Positions 8,568 through 18,355 of a stretch of DNA of 62,087 nt are shown here, in pieces. Below the pieces are notes generated by a model. It ran no database searches. It had not been told where the DNA came from and saw only the letters and a program-made list of their open reading frames with translations. The position numbers were made by a program, and so were the translations under genes. The DNA is from Candidatus Omnitrophota bacterium (GTDB lineage Bacteria > Omnitrophota > Gorgyraeia > Gygaellales > Profunditerraquicolaceae), in NCBI GenBank assembly GCA_028712505.1, contig JAQTQC010000002.1:47609-109695 (forward strand), read 5' to 3'. Every line of letters begins with the position of its first letter. Position 1 is the stretch's first letter.

Positions 8568-9400
8568 CGGGAAATCTTTAAGCCGTCCTTATTGATAACG
8601 ATATTCTTCAGGGATTGCCCCCGCCGACCAAGTTTGGTAAAACGCTGGTCATTAACCTGTAATTCTACAGCCCCGGCATCACCCAGGGACAATTCGATCT
8701 TTTCTTTAGCCTGCCAGGTTTCTGTCCGGCCACGCGCAAGCACGCCATGGAAAACAACCTTTCCATCCACCTTAGCAGAGATCCAGGATTTATCACGCGC
8801 GGATATCCCGAGCATAAAACCCTGGGACATATCTTTTTGGACCTTAGGCTGTTTAGGGATATTTTTCGTTGAAGATTTATTTATTGTTTCTTTGGGCAAA
8901 AATTCAGGAGCATTCTTTGCCCTAGCAGAAACAGGCCCCGCAACCCTGGATTTTGCCAGCATGTTCTTAGACCACCCAGAGATAATCTTAAACAACTTAG
9001 AAACCAAAAATATAGAGATTACCGAAATCAGCGTAAATAAAATTATTTTCTTTAATCCCGGAGAATGCCTCATCGCACTTAATTTAACTGAGAAATCTTT
9101 AGCCAAGGCAGGTTTTTTCTCAAAACGCTCTCCGATATCCCTGCCAACAGCAGCATTCAATACCGGCTTGCTTGGCTGGCTATTCTGGCCCAAATATTCT
9201 TTAGGATCAAGCCCTAGGCTATTGCAATAAATTTTTATAAAACCTTTCAGGTAAATCGGGCTTAAATCCGTAAGGCTATCCCCTTCGATCGCGCGTAAAA
9301 CATTAGGATGGATCTTGGTCTTCTTCTGGATCTCTTCAAGACTCAAGCCCCTTTCCTGACGGATTTTCTTTAGCCTGGCACCGGCTGTCTCGATGTTCAT
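8564..9400 (-). CDS. rodZ: RodZ-like cytoskeleton/shape protein (HTH + TM + RodZ_C)
   Basis: An N-terminal XRE-type HTH, one transmembrane segment and a C-terminal beta domain (KSWISAKVDGKVVF...GDAGAVELQVN). Confidence 0.8.
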   Translation of the reverse strand: MNIETAGARLKKIRQERGLSLEEIQKKTKIHPNVLRAIEGDSLTDLSPIYLKGFIKIYCNSLGLDPKEYLGQNSQPSKPVLNAAVGRDIGERFEKKPALAKDFSVKLSAMRHSPGLKKIILFTLISVISIFLVSKLFKIISGWSKNMLAKSRVAGPVSARAKNAPEFLPKETINKSSTKNIPKQPKVQKDMSQGFMLGISARDKSWISAKVDGKVVFHGVLARGRTETWQAKEKIELSLGDAGAVELQVNDQRFTKLGRRGQSLKNIVINKDGLKISR

Positions 9401-11586
9401 GCTTTCTCTGTCTCCTTAGCACCTGTCAGATCATTAAGCCAACTCTGGCGGTCAACCAGGATCCTGCGCGGTTTACTTCCCTCATACGGGCCGACTAAAC
9501 CCTCTGATTCCATAATATCGATAATCCGCGCGGCCCGCGTATAACCTAAACGCATCCTTCTCTGTAAAATAGAAACCGAGGCCTGATTGCTTTCCATTAT
9601 CACCCTGACAGCCTCATCATAAAGTTCGTCTTTTTCTCCACCGCCGGCTAAACTGCTTTTTTGCTGCTCCTTAAGGATCTGATCATCATAAGCCGGTTCG
9701 CCCTGAGCCTTAATAAATTCCACGACCTTCTCGATCTCAGCGTCTTTAACCAAAGCCCCCTGGATACGAATAAGATCTTCTTTTCCAGGCTGCAGGAATA
9801 ACATATCCCCTTTGCCCAATAAGGTCTCTGCGCCATTTGCATCCAGAACCGTGCGCGAATCAACCTTAGAAGCAACCTTAAAAGATATACGTGCCGGTAA
9901 ATTCGCCTTAATTACTCCGGTAATTACATCCACGCTCGGACGCTGCGTAGCTAAAATCAGGTGTATTCCCACAGCACGTGATAGCTGAGCCAGACGGGTA
10001 ATCGCATTTTCAATCTGGTCGCGCGCCACAGTCATTAAATCCGCAAATTCATCCACGATAACTACAATATAGGGTATCTTATCTTGTGGCTGCTTATCGT
10101 TATATGCCTCGATATTCCTCACCCCTACTTTGGCTAAAAGCTGGTAACGATCCTCCATCTGTCCAACGACCCAATTAAGCGCAATTGCCGCCTTCTTGGC
10201 ATCAGTAACTACCGGGCACAAAAGATGCGGCAGTCCGTTAAAAGGCATGAGTTCAACCATCTTCGGATCAATCATCAAAAACTTTAAATCATTCGGAGAA
10301 CTTCTAAAAAGCAAGGATAAAATACAGGTATTTACGCAAACGGTTTTGCCTGAACCGGTAGTACCGGCGATCAAAAGATGCGGCATATCATCTAAATCAC
10401 TAAACACGCTCTTGCCGGTAATATCTTTACCTAGACCTAAAGACAGGGAAGATTTCTGTTTGTGGTATTCCGCTGAAACAAGCAGATCCTTAATGCATAC
10501 CAAAGCACTGTGTAAATTAGGAACCTCAACCCCGACCCTGCCCTTTCCGGGAATAGGAGCAATGATCCTTACTGACTGGGCTTTAATTGCCAAGGCGATA
10601 TCGTCGCTTAAAGCCTCAATGCGGTTAATCTTTACCCCCGGGGCGGGCTCAAGCTCATAACGCGTGATTACCGGACCGCGGATAATATCCGTAACCTTAG
10701 CAACTATTCCAAAATCCGCCAAAGTGTCTTCAAGGATCCTGGCACTTGCCTCAAGATCCTCTTTCATCTGCTTGGTATCCGGGACCGGTGCATCATCCAA
10801 CAGATCTACGGAAGGCAGATGATAATCGCCGATCTTCAATTCTTTAGGCTTGACCTTCACCTCTTCAGAAAGCGTTTTAGGCTTAATCTGGATCTTCGGT
10901 CTGCTGACCTCGGGCATGAATATCTTGGGTTTCGAAGGGATAGCAGCCTGCTCATCTTTCTTGGGAGAAAGATTATTCTTATTCAAAAGACTCTGTTTGA
11001 CCTTGACTAAAGTAGCCTTTTGCTTATTGGATAGATTAAAAAAGCCCAGGAAGAATGATTTTGCTTTCTCAACTGTATTCAAAAAAAGCGATGAAATAAG
11101 GATTTCAGTAACTAAAGCCAGAGAAAGTATGATAAAAGTAAGGAAGATAATAAAACCGCCTAAGCGGCTGAAATACGTGGTTACAAAATTTGCGGTGAGC
11201 GACCCCAAAAAACCGGCAGTATGAAACCTTAAAGGATCATTGCTTAAATTAAACATACCGATAAGCGAGCTTAGGGATACCAATAATACAAACATACCCA
11301 TAATCCGCGGTAAGCTTAAATAAGGCTTATCCTGGCGAAAATACTTTACGCCCAGGGTAATAACTAAAAACGGAATAATGAAACTTGAGATTTTACCGAA
11401 AAGGAATACCAGGAATCCACCCAGGTAGGCTCCAAAAAGTCCCAGCAGGTTTTTCGGAGGAAAATTCGGATGTGAGGTAAAAAAAATAAGGTCAGAGCGA
11501 TCAAAGCGGATAAGGCTGGCCAAAACCATCAGCCCAACCGCTACTAAAATGACGCCTTTGACCTCATTTAATCTTCTTTCTCTCAC
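9397..11586 (-). CDS. ftsK: DNA translocase FtsK
   Basis: N-terminal transmembrane segments, Walker A IAGTTGSGKTVCVN, a motor domain and a C-terminal gamma winged helix (SVSILQRRMRLGYTRAARIID). Confidence 0.95.
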   Translation of the reverse strand: MRERRLNEVKGVILVAVGLMVLASLIRFDRSDLIFFTSHPNFPPKNLLGLFGAYLGGFLVFLFGKISSFIIPFLVITLGVKYFRQDKPYLSLPRIMGMFVLLVSLSSLIGMFNLSNDPLRFHTAGFLGSLTANFVTTYFSRLGGFIIFLTFIILSLALVTEILISSLFLNTVEKAKSFFLGFFNLSNKQKATLVKVKQSLLNKNNLSPKKDEQAAIPSKPKIFMPEVSRPKIQIKPKTLSEEVKVKPKELKIGDYHLPSVDLLDDAPVPDTKQMKEDLEASARILEDTLADFGIVAKVTDIIRGPVITRYELEPAPGVKINRIEALSDDIALAIKAQSVRIIAPIPGKGRVGVEVPNLHSALVCIKDLLVSAEYHKQKSSLSLGLGKDITGKSVFSDLDDMPHLLIAGTTGSGKTVCVNTCILSLLFRSSPNDLKFLMIDPKMVELMPFNGLPHLLCPVVTDAKKAAIALNWVVGQMEDRYQLLAKVGVRNIEAYNDKQPQDKIPYIVVIVDEFADLMTVARDQIENAITRLAQLSRAVGIHLILATQRPSVDVITGVIKANLPARISFKVASKVDSRTVLDANGAETLLGKGDMLFLQPGKEDLIRIQGALVKDAEIEKVVEFIKAQGEPAYDDQILKEQQKSSLAGGGEKDELYDEAVRVIMESNQASVSILQRRMRLGYTRAARIIDIMESEGLVGPYEGSKPRRILVDRQSWLNDLTGAKETEKA

Positions 11587-11604
11587 TTCTTAAATTAACA
11601 GCTT

Positions 11605-13677
11605 TCACTCGGCCTGTTTTTTACTTAAATTTATCCGGCCCAGCTCATCTATGCCAATAACTTTAACTTTAAATTCATCGCCTACTTTTACTACATCTTC
11701 GACCTTTTTCACAAAAGTGCTGGATAATTCAGAAACATGCACCAGGCCTTCTTTGCGGGGGGCTATCTCCACAAACACGCCGAATTGCATAATCCGTTTT
11801 ACCTTACCGAAATAAACCCTGCCTACCTCTACATCATCGGTAATTGCCCGGATCATTTTAATCGCAGCATCGGATTTTTCGGCATCGGTTGAACCAACCA
11901 AAACCGTACCATCATCTTTTATATCAATACTGGCGCCGGTTGCAGCAATTATCGCCTTGATCGTTTTTCCTCCCGGGCCAATAAGCTCGCCAATCTTTTC
12001 CGTGTTAATCTTTAAAACATCGATCCGCGGGGCAAAACTGGAAAGTTCCTGCCTGGGACTGCTTAATGCAGTGCTCATTTTATCAAGAATGAAAAATCTT
12101 GCTTCTTTGGATTGAGCAAGACAATCTTTAAGCAAATCCAGGGTAATCCCGTCAATCTTAAGGTCTAGTTGTACAGCGGTAACTCCCTGGCGGGTACCGG
12201 CGACTTTAAAGTCCATATCGCCGAAATGATCCTCTAATCCGGCGATATCCGTCAAGATCACCGCTTTATCGCCTTCTTTAACTAAACCTAAGGCGACTCC
12301 ACCCACCGCTTCCTTAATTGGCACTCCGGCATCCATCAAGGATAAAGTAGCAGCGCACACGGAAGCCATACTGCTTGAACCGTTAGATTCCAGAATTTCA
12401 GAGACCACCCTTACAGTATAAGGGAATTTCTCTTTTGAAGGCAATACCGCAAGTAACGCCTTTTCTGCCAAAGCACCATGGCCGATCTCACGCCTGCCAG
12501 GGCTACGCATAGGTCTTGTCTCGCCTACGCTAAAAGAAGGAAAATTGTAGTGAAGCATAAAAGATTTCTTCTTTTCCCCTTCCAGCGACTCGATCAACTG
12601 CTCATCTTCACCTGTACCTAAAGTAGTTACAGCTAAACTCTGGGTTTGCCCACGGGTAAAAAGACTTGAACCATGAGTCCGCGGCAGGACAGACACCTCG
12701 CAGCTGATCGGACGAATCTCTTTAAAAGAACGTCCATCGATACGAAGATTTTCTTCGGTAATCATTTTACGCACTTGTTTCTTCTCTACTTCATGTAAAC
12801 CAACAAGTATATCCGCCGCCAGGAATCCTTCGCTAGTCAATTGAGCTTCCAATTCTTTGGTCAATAAATCGACTGCCTCTTCACGCTCTTCCTTCTTGCT
12901 CAGCTTATATACTTTATTCAATTTCTCCTTAGAAAGCGACTCGATCTTCTGCATTAATGCCGGATCGATTAATTTAAGTTCAACTTTTGCTTTTTCTATG
13001 CCATAAAGACGGCAAAATTCCTCCTGCATGCTGATTATAGGCTTTAGGCTCTCCATGCCAAATTTTACGGCTTCAAGGTAAACTTCTTCAGAGACCTCCT
13101 TAGCTTTTGACTCCAGCATCACTACGCCATTTTTGTTTCCAGCCACAACTACTTCTAAATCGGCACTCTCCAGCTCGGCATAAGTAGGGTTCAAAACGAG
13201 TTCATTATTTATCCGGGCTACACGGCAGCTAGCCAAAGGTCCATTAAAAGGAATGTCCGAAATAGACAAAGCCGCGCTTGCTCCGATCAAGGCCAAGACA
13301 TTCGGATCAGTTTCCCCGTCACTTGAAAGGACGATCGCGATAACCTGAACTTCATTTAAGAAGCCTTCGGGAAATAATGGTCGTATTGGACGGTCAATAA
13401 GACGTGAGCCTAAAATTTCATTCTCAGAAGGCCTGCCTTCACGCTTAAAAAAACCTCCGGGGAATCTACCGGCGGCATAAGTCTTTTCCTGGTATTCCAC
13501 AGTCAAAGGGAAAAAATCCTGACCTTCTTTGACCCCCTTAGACATACAGGCAGTAACCAAAATCACAGTCGATCCATAAGTGACTGTAACCGAACCATTG
13601 GCTTGTTTAGCCAGTCTACCAGTCTCCAGGATAAGATCATTTTTACCGAATTTAATTTTTAAGCTTTTATTTTGCAT
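11605..13677 (-). CDS. pnp: polyribonucleotide nucleotidyltransferase (PNPase)
   Basis: Two RNase PH domains plus KH and S1 domains. It lies downstream of rpsO, the canonical arrangement. Confidence 0.96.
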   Translation of the reverse strand: MQNKSLKIKFGKNDLILETGRLAKQANGSVTVTYGSTVILVTACMSKGVKEGQDFFPLTVEYQEKTYAAGRFPGGFFKREGRPSENEILGSRLIDRPIRPLFPEGFLNEVQVIAIVLSSDGETDPNVLALIGASAALSISDIPFNGPLASCRVARINNELVLNPTYAELESADLEVVVAGNKNGVVMLESKAKEVSEEVYLEAVKFGMESLKPIISMQEEFCRLYGIEKAKVELKLIDPALMQKIESLSKEKLNKVYKLSKKEEREEAVDLLTKELEAQLTSEGFLAADILVGLHEVEKKQVRKMITEENLRIDGRSFKEIRPISCEVSVLPRTHGSSLFTRGQTQSLAVTTLGTGEDEQLIESLEGEKKKSFMLHYNFPSFSVGETRPMRSPGRREIGHGALAEKALLAVLPSKEKFPYTVRVVSEILESNGSSSMASVCAATLSLMDAGVPIKEAVGGVALGLVKEGDKAVILTDIAGLEDHFGDMDFKVAGTRQGVTAVQLDLKIDGITLDLLKDCLAQSKEARFFILDKMSTALSSPRQELSSFAPRIDVLKINTEKIGELIGPGGKTIKAIIAATGASIDIKDDGTVLVGSTDAEKSDAAIKMIRAITDDVEVGRVYFGKVKRIMQFGVFVEIAPRKEGLVHVSELSSTFVKKVEDVVKVGDEFKVKVIGIDELGRINLSKKQAE

Positions 13678-13723
13678 TATTTTAGCTCTTTCTTTTATTT
13701 AACAGGTGAAATATTAAGGGGAC

Positions 13724-13993
13724 TTACTTTCTCAAGTTAAGCTTTCCCAAGACTTCTTCGTACTTTTTTAAATCTTTGTCCTTGAGATATTTGAGTAGGC
13801 TGCGGCGTCTGCCTACTAATAAAAGCAGGCCACGGCGAGAATGTAGATCCTTCTTATGTGATTTAAAATGCTCCCCCAGGGAATTGATCCTCTCGGTCAA
13901 AATAGCAATTTGAACCTCGGCAGAGCCAGTATCCCGAGCATGCACCTTAAAATCATTAATCAATTTAGCTTTCTTTTCTTTTACCAAAACCAA
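13724..13993 (-). CDS. rpsO: 30S ribosomal protein S15
   Basis: S15 sequence ([16 protein letters not shown]..HLKxHKKDxHSRRGL). The start is set at the TTG at 13991-13993, 7 nt after AGGGAGGG, giving the canonical 89 aa. The ORF-track ATG would add 15 non-conserved residues. Confidence 0.88.
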   Translation of the reverse strand: MVLVKEKKAKLINDFKVHARDTGSAEVQIAILTERINSLGEHFKSHKKDLHSRRGLLLLVGRRRSLLKYLKDKDLKKYEEVLGKLNLRK

Positions 13994-14021
13994 TTTTCTT
14001 CCCTCCCTTTCTAATTCAATT

Positions 14022-14057
14022 ATTATACGATAACTCACTTAGCAAGTCAACGGATTT
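14022..14057 (-). promoter_or_regulatory. putative sigma70-type promoter of rpsO-pnp
   Basis: The minus strand reads AAATCCG-TTGACT, a 17-nt spacer, then TATAAT. An AT-rich tract lies upstream. Confidence 0.65.
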
Positions 14058-14112
14058 AATAAAAATACGCTAAGTTATTTTGATTTTTTAATATTGTACC
14101 ACAAGAATCAAG

Positions 14113-14526
14113 TTATGCAACCTCAATTTCTCGGATTTTCCTGCGCAAAGACTTCTTTTCAGAATGCCGGCGTTTATGCTCAAGGATTCTTAGTTTTATT
14201 TTCTTCGGTTTCTTGCGCCTTGAGCGCATGATCTTTGCTTTAAGCGACTGCTTCTGCAAAAAATCATGTTTGATCTTATTTTCAATCTTGCTCAAAAGGA
14301 TATGCCTTGCCAGATTACGGTTAAGCATCTGGTAACGCTGACTCTGGCATTTTACCTCCAGGCCTGTAGGCAGGTGTTTTAAATGCACACAGGTAGCTGT
14401 TTTATTAACATTCTGGCCACCTGGCCCGCTTGAACGGATAAAGTTTTCAACGATATCTTCTTCGCGCACCCCTAAAGCAAACATTTTCTTTTCTAAGGAT
14501 GTCATCTCCTTAGCTATAATTGCCAT
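14113..14526 (-). CDS. GGQ-domain peptidyl-tRNA hydrolase, ArfB-like ribosome rescue factor
   Basis: Has an RF-1 domain motif SGPGGQNVNKT and a strongly basic C-terminal tail. The start is set at the ATG at 14526, preceded by AAAGGAGAAG. Confidence 0.75.
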   Translation of the reverse strand: MAIIAKEMTSLEKKMFALGVREEDIVENFIRSSGPGGQNVNKTATCVHLKHLPTGLEVKCQSQRYQMLNRNLARHILLSKIENKIKHDFLQKQSLKAKIMRSRRKKPKKIKLRILEHKRRHSEKKSLRRKIREIEVA

Positions 14527-14551
14527 AGGGCTTCTCCTTTTACCTGACTGA

Positions 14552-15211
14552 TCAGGCAGTAAACTCAGCATCAACCTTCTTGATCAAGATATCGATCTCT
14601 TTAATTAAGGGGGCAGGAAGCATTTTTAGAATCTCTGCTTCTTGCTTCAAAGCACGCAGTTGGCCCAGAATCCTCCTGACAACAGCCTGTTTTCTTTTTT
14701 CCTGCGCCTCTTCAGGCTCCAACTCCTGGCGCTGCCGGATAATTACCCCCAGGTTTTTCTTTAACTCCTGCGCATCCCTGCCTTTTTCAAATATTTCTTT
14801 TTTAAGATTGCTATATTCGCGTTCATCCAGGACCTTTTTATTCTTCGCCTGACGCAGGATATCTACCGATTCATAGCTGGGGATAGTAGAAGCCTGGCTT
14901 GCCTCTGCATAATCACTTTTTAAATACTGCGGTTCTTCTTTTTCCAGGAAATAATATGATTTGAGCAATTTCATTGCCGTCTGCTTACGGATACCTATCT
15001 CGCGGCTGGCATAAACATCGAAATTTGCATAACCCCATTCTTTATACATCTTATCTTTCCAAACTGAATAAAGAGAACGCCCCAACTCTATCCATGAACA
15101 CTTAAAATTCTTAGCGCTTTCTAGGATATGATAACGTAATGAACCGCTATCCAGACTGTCCATTTTTTCTTCGATATTCCTTAATGATTTTGTTTTTACC
15201 TCATCATCCAT
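14552..15211 (-). CDS. hypothetical protein (helical, charged C-terminal half)
   Basis: A long ORF in the operon orientation. I recognise no family. It ends 25 nt upstream of the ArfB-like gene. Confidence 0.55.
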   Translation of the reverse strand: MDDEVKTKSLRNIEEKMDSLDSGSLRYHILESAKNFKCSWIELGRSLYSVWKDKMYKEWGYANFDVYASREIGIRKQTAMKLLKSYYFLEKEEPQYLKSDYAEASQASTIPSYESVDILRQAKNKKVLDEREYSNLKKEIFEKGRDAQELKKNLGVIIRQRQELEPEEAQEKRKQAVVRRILGQLRALKQEAEILKMLPAPLIKEIDILIKKVDAEFTA

Positions 15212-15213
15212 TG

Positions 15214-16284
15214 CTATCTCCCGAATATGTCCTGCAAATCCTTACTATAACCTTTGAATTTATCAATCACGTTGCTTACCTTGTCCACTATCTGTTCCGG
15301 CGACTGGCTGGCCAAATTCTTCATTGCCGCTTTTAAGATTATACTTTTTAATTTATCTTTGCCCAAAGCCGGGTTATCCAGCCGGGTATCAACATCAAAG
15401 ACCAAATGCAAATTCCCCTTGCTGTCAATAAATAGGTCCAGGGCATCCTTCGCTAGATCAAAGCCCAACTCTTCTTCCGTTTGGTTGGCTTCGTAGATAA
15501 GGCCGGAAAGGTTGAGATCAGTATTAATCTTCAAAAGGTTATCCTTGGCTTTAAAAGTTGAATCCAGATCGAGCCTTGCCGAAAGAAGCTTCTTGTTGGA
15601 GATGAAATTACCGTAGTACGGAGAGAAATTAGTTATGTCCATGCCCTTGACCTCGAGTTTTGCGTCCATATCCCGAGCCGGATAATCAAGCCATCCGGAG
15701 AAGACAATACCTCCAAAGACTTTGCCTGCCGGGCTGGCCAACTGGCAGCTTAGGCTAAAGTCGGTAGCCAATGATGTCACAGGCAGAGCGACCTTAGCCA
15801 CATTTATATTCAATTTATCAACAATAACCTGAAAGCCTGCGCTGTTTATCTTCTTATCTGTAAAAATTATTTTTCCGTCCTGGAGCTTCAGGCTAATCGG
15901 ATAAATCTCCGGGGCCTTAGCCCCCGGCTTAGCCTCGATAACCGGCAGGTTTAATTTTCCGTCCGCGCCCTGTTCAAGGTTAATCACCGGCTCAGTAATA
16001 GTTAAACCGTGTATAACTACCTTGCCAAATAACAAAGCGATTAGATTCGGGGAGAAAGATATCTTCTTTATATTCGCCAGGTTCCCAATCTCCAGCTTCT
16101 CAAGGGTAATAGTAAAAGGCAGGCTTAAGCTTATTTTACCCAGGCTGGCCTTAACTTTTAAATTCTTTTCTATCTGGTCTTCAACAATCTTAGGCGCATA
16201 AACCCCCACCAGAACATTAGCAAGAAAGAATATAACCAATAAAATTACAAACAAAGAAATAATAAACTTATACCGTTTTTTCAT
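15214..16284 (-). CDS. DUF748/AsmA-like envelope protein with N-terminal membrane anchor
   Basis: An N-terminal transmembrane helix followed by beta-rich repeats. The sequence resembles DUF748 proteins (KIVEDQIEKNL..., ITEPVINLEQ). Confidence 0.6.
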   Translation of the reverse strand: MKKRYKFIISLFVILLVIFFLANVLVGVYAPKIVEDQIEKNLKVKASLGKISLSLPFTITLEKLEIGNLANIKKISFSPNLIALLFGKVVIHGLTITEPVINLEQGADGKLNLPVIEAKPGAKAPEIYPISLKLQDGKIIFTDKKINSAGFQVIVDKLNINVAKVALPVTSLATDFSLSCQLASPAGKVFGGIVFSGWLDYPARDMDAKLEVKGMDITNFSPYYGNFISNKKLLSARLDLDSTFKAKDNLLKINTDLNLSGLIYEANQTEEELGFDLAKDALDLFIDSKGNLHLVFDVDTRLDNPALGKDKLKSIILKAAMKNLASQSPEQIVDKVSNVIDKFKGYSKDLQDIFGR

Positions 16285-16292
16285 TTATAACC

Positions 16293-16823
16293 CTATTCTT
16301 TAATTTTTGGTAACAGCTGACGACTGAACCTAAAAAGGCTGACCAGGCCAATACCTAAATACGACCACAGGATAAGCCAGAGTCCGGCAGTAATAACTAC
16401 ATGCATGACAAATTTGTCTAAATTTGTTTTCGCTATCTGATAGGTAGCCCCGGAAAAAATCGCCACTCCCAATATCCCTATCCCCAGATTGACCCATTTA
16501 TTCTTACCCAGGGATAAAACTAACAATACCAAGGCAACCGCCAAACCGGGTATCCCCCAGATCAACCAGCTCTTCTTATCTGCATCGGTTACCCCGGGAT
16601 TAAACAATTTGATGATACTGATCATTAATTTTGCGTCCGGGCCATTAGCTAATATAGGCACCTGGAATCCGCTAACCGTCTTAAAGCTCGATTGTCTTTC
16701 ACCGGTAAAAAACTTGGATATCCCACCGGCTATGCGGGATTCTATGCTCACCCAGGGAAGAAAAAATGATATGCAAATTATAATTGCGAAAACCAGCACG
16801 ACTAAATTACAGGTTTTATTCAT
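16293..16823 (-). CDS. hypothetical integral membrane protein
   Basis: Four to five hydrophobic segments. No recognised family. Confidence 0.55.
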   Translation of the reverse strand: MNKTCNLVVLVFAIIICISFFLPWVSIESRIAGGISKFFTGERQSSFKTVSGFQVPILANGPDAKLMISIIKLFNPGVTDADKKSWLIWGIPGLAVALVLLVLSLGKNKWVNLGIGILGVAIFSGATYQIAKTNLDKFVMHVVITAGLWLILWSYLGIGLVSLFRFSRQLLPKIKE

Positions 16824-17586
16824 TTTCCGCTCCTTTCTCTTTAGCTCCGCTTAGATCGAGGTTAAGAAACTCAGGGTTTGTCGGTAAGCTCACCTGAAAA
16901 TCCGCGGTCTCGTCAATTTCAACCTTTGCTCCGGATACCCGGAGATCCAGGAGGTGTCCGCCACTTTTCCTATCTGCGCTGATAAAATGCAGGTGATAAC
17001 CTCCAACGCTGAAGTTTTTGGAATATTCCGGAGAACGAAAACCGATCACAACCCCTTCGATATCGTTAAATTCAAACACTTTTTGCTCTTTAACTGCCTG
17101 ATCAAGATCCGGATACGGCTTAGCCTGCTTAGGGACACTCCTGGTTTTCACATATTTAAAGCGGCCGCTGATTTTTACCGCATAAAAAATATTTTTCGAA
17201 GGTAATAAAGTATCCAAGTAGTGCTTTAAATCTGCATAATTTAATCCAGCATCAACAGCAGATACTTTATCGACATCAAAAAAGGTTACCTGGGCAAACG
17301 GGATTTGTGCAGCCTCATCTACCAGATAAGTTCGACCGTCAACCTTAACCTGATAGAAGTTTCCATCTAAAACTACCATCTCTCCTTCCAGGCCCTGGAA
17401 AGTTCCTATCCCAAAATCCCCATGTTGTTTAAGCGCGCGTAAACTTAACTGTCCATCATAATCACCGGCGGAGAGAGCCTGGATAGTCGAGGCCTGGTAA
17501 AAAACTTCTCTATCTGGAAAATGGCTGCATCCGAACAGAACAAAAACAAGAATTACCGAATATAAATATTTCTTATTTGTCAACAT
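16816..17586 (-). CDS. alpha-acetolactate decarboxylase family protein with lipoprotein signal peptide
   Basis: AlsD/BudA family sequence (YQASTIQALSAGDYDG..., GDFGIGTF, GEMVVLDG, GYHLHF). The start is set at the ATG at 17586, giving MLTNKKYLYSVILVFVLFGC with an LFGC lipobox. Confidence 0.8.
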   Translation of the reverse strand: MLTNKKYLYSVILVFVLFGCSHFPDREVFYQASTIQALSAGDYDGQLSLRALKQHGDFGIGTFQGLEGEMVVLDGNFYQVKVDGRTYLVDEAAQIPFAQVTFFDVDKVSAVDAGLNYADLKHYLDTLLPSKNIFYAVKISGRFKYVKTRSVPKQAKPYPDLDQAVKEQKVFEFNDIEGVVIGFRSPEYSKNFSVGGYHLHFISADRKSGGHLLDLRVSGAKVEIDETADFQVSLPTNPEFLNLDLSGAKEKGAENE

Positions 17587-18307
17587 TACCCATAGCGGCA
17601 CTCTCAATATTTGCGCGCACCGTATCTCTAAGCAAAGCAAAATCCCCAGGCCCGAATTTATCGGTTTCTATTTCCGGCAGCACAATAAGCTTGGCCGAAA
17701 CCTTACCCTTAAAAATCCAACTTCCTTTAGGGATTGCTTCACGCGTACCGATTAAGCAAATAGGAAGAACCGGTTTCTTCTCTTTGATCGCCAGCTTAAA
17801 AGCCCCGTTTTGAAATTCATTCATCTTATCGCTTGAACTACGCGTACCTTCCGGGAAAAATAATACTGACATATCCTTTTGCAGCCACTGGCTTGCCTGA
17901 TGATAAATCTCTTTAATACTGGCAAAATCTCCCCGCAGGAGCTTGATATGTTTGATCAGCCCAAGACACCAACCGATAAACGGCACCTTAAACAAACTTG
18001 CTTTAGCCACCCACTTAAACTGCATCTTGATCTGATAAAGCACCACGATATCAGCCATGCTCTGATGGTTAGAGATCACCACATAAGTTTTTTTGCGGTC
18101 AATATTCTCAAGCCCGCTTACTTTTACGCTCCAATAAGGATTCAAACCAATCACGGCATCCGACCACCAAAAACACTGCGCATGAGTGATTTTCTTCTTT
18201 TTATCGAAAGGAAAAAGCAGGATATTTAAGACAAAAACCACAAAAAAAAGCAGAATAGTCAATAACCCGCTGCCCAACCAAATTCCTATAGAAATAATCG
18301 CTTTCAT
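17573..18307 (-). CDS. plsC: 1-acyl-sn-glycerol-3-phosphate acyltransferase
   Basis: Carries the acyltransferase motifs NHQSMADI (HX4D) and FPEGTRS. Confidence 0.88.
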   Translation of the reverse strand: MKAIISIGIWLGSGLLTILLFFVVFVLNILLFPFDKKKKITHAQCFWWSDAVIGLNPYWSVKVSGLENIDRKKTYVVISNHQSMADIVVLYQIKMQFKWVAKASLFKVPFIGWCLGLIKHIKLLRGDFASIKEIYHQASQWLQKDMSVLFFPEGTRSSSDKMNEFQNGAFKLAIKEKKPVLPICLIGTREAIPKGSWIFKGKVSAKLIVLPEIETDKFGPGDFALLRDTVRANIESAAMGNVDK

Positions 18308-18319
18308 ATTATTAATCTG

Positions 18320-18355
18320 ACTATAACCTAAATAGCGGAGGTTGTCAACGGATTA
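18320..18355 (-). promoter_or_regulatory. putative sigma70-type promoter of plsC
   Basis: The minus strand reads TAATCCG-TTGACA, a 17-nt spacer, then TATAGT. It ends about 12 nt before the plsC ATG region and overlaps the helicase stop codon. Confidence 0.55.

Noticed and set aside
8592-9230. 212-aa plus-strand ORF antisense to rodZ
   Set aside because: The same reasoning applies: an antisense shadow ORF with no start signals and an implausible composition.
13994-14038. N-terminal extensions proposed by the ORF track for rpsO, and similarly for rpmE, rplS, trpB, trpA, trpG, pgpA, the ArfB-like gene, the alsD-like gene and the bla-like gene
   Set aside because: In each case an internal start with a good ribosome-binding site or an ATGA/TGATG coupling gives the canonical protein N-terminus. 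The extensions overlap upstream genes, promoters or repeats.
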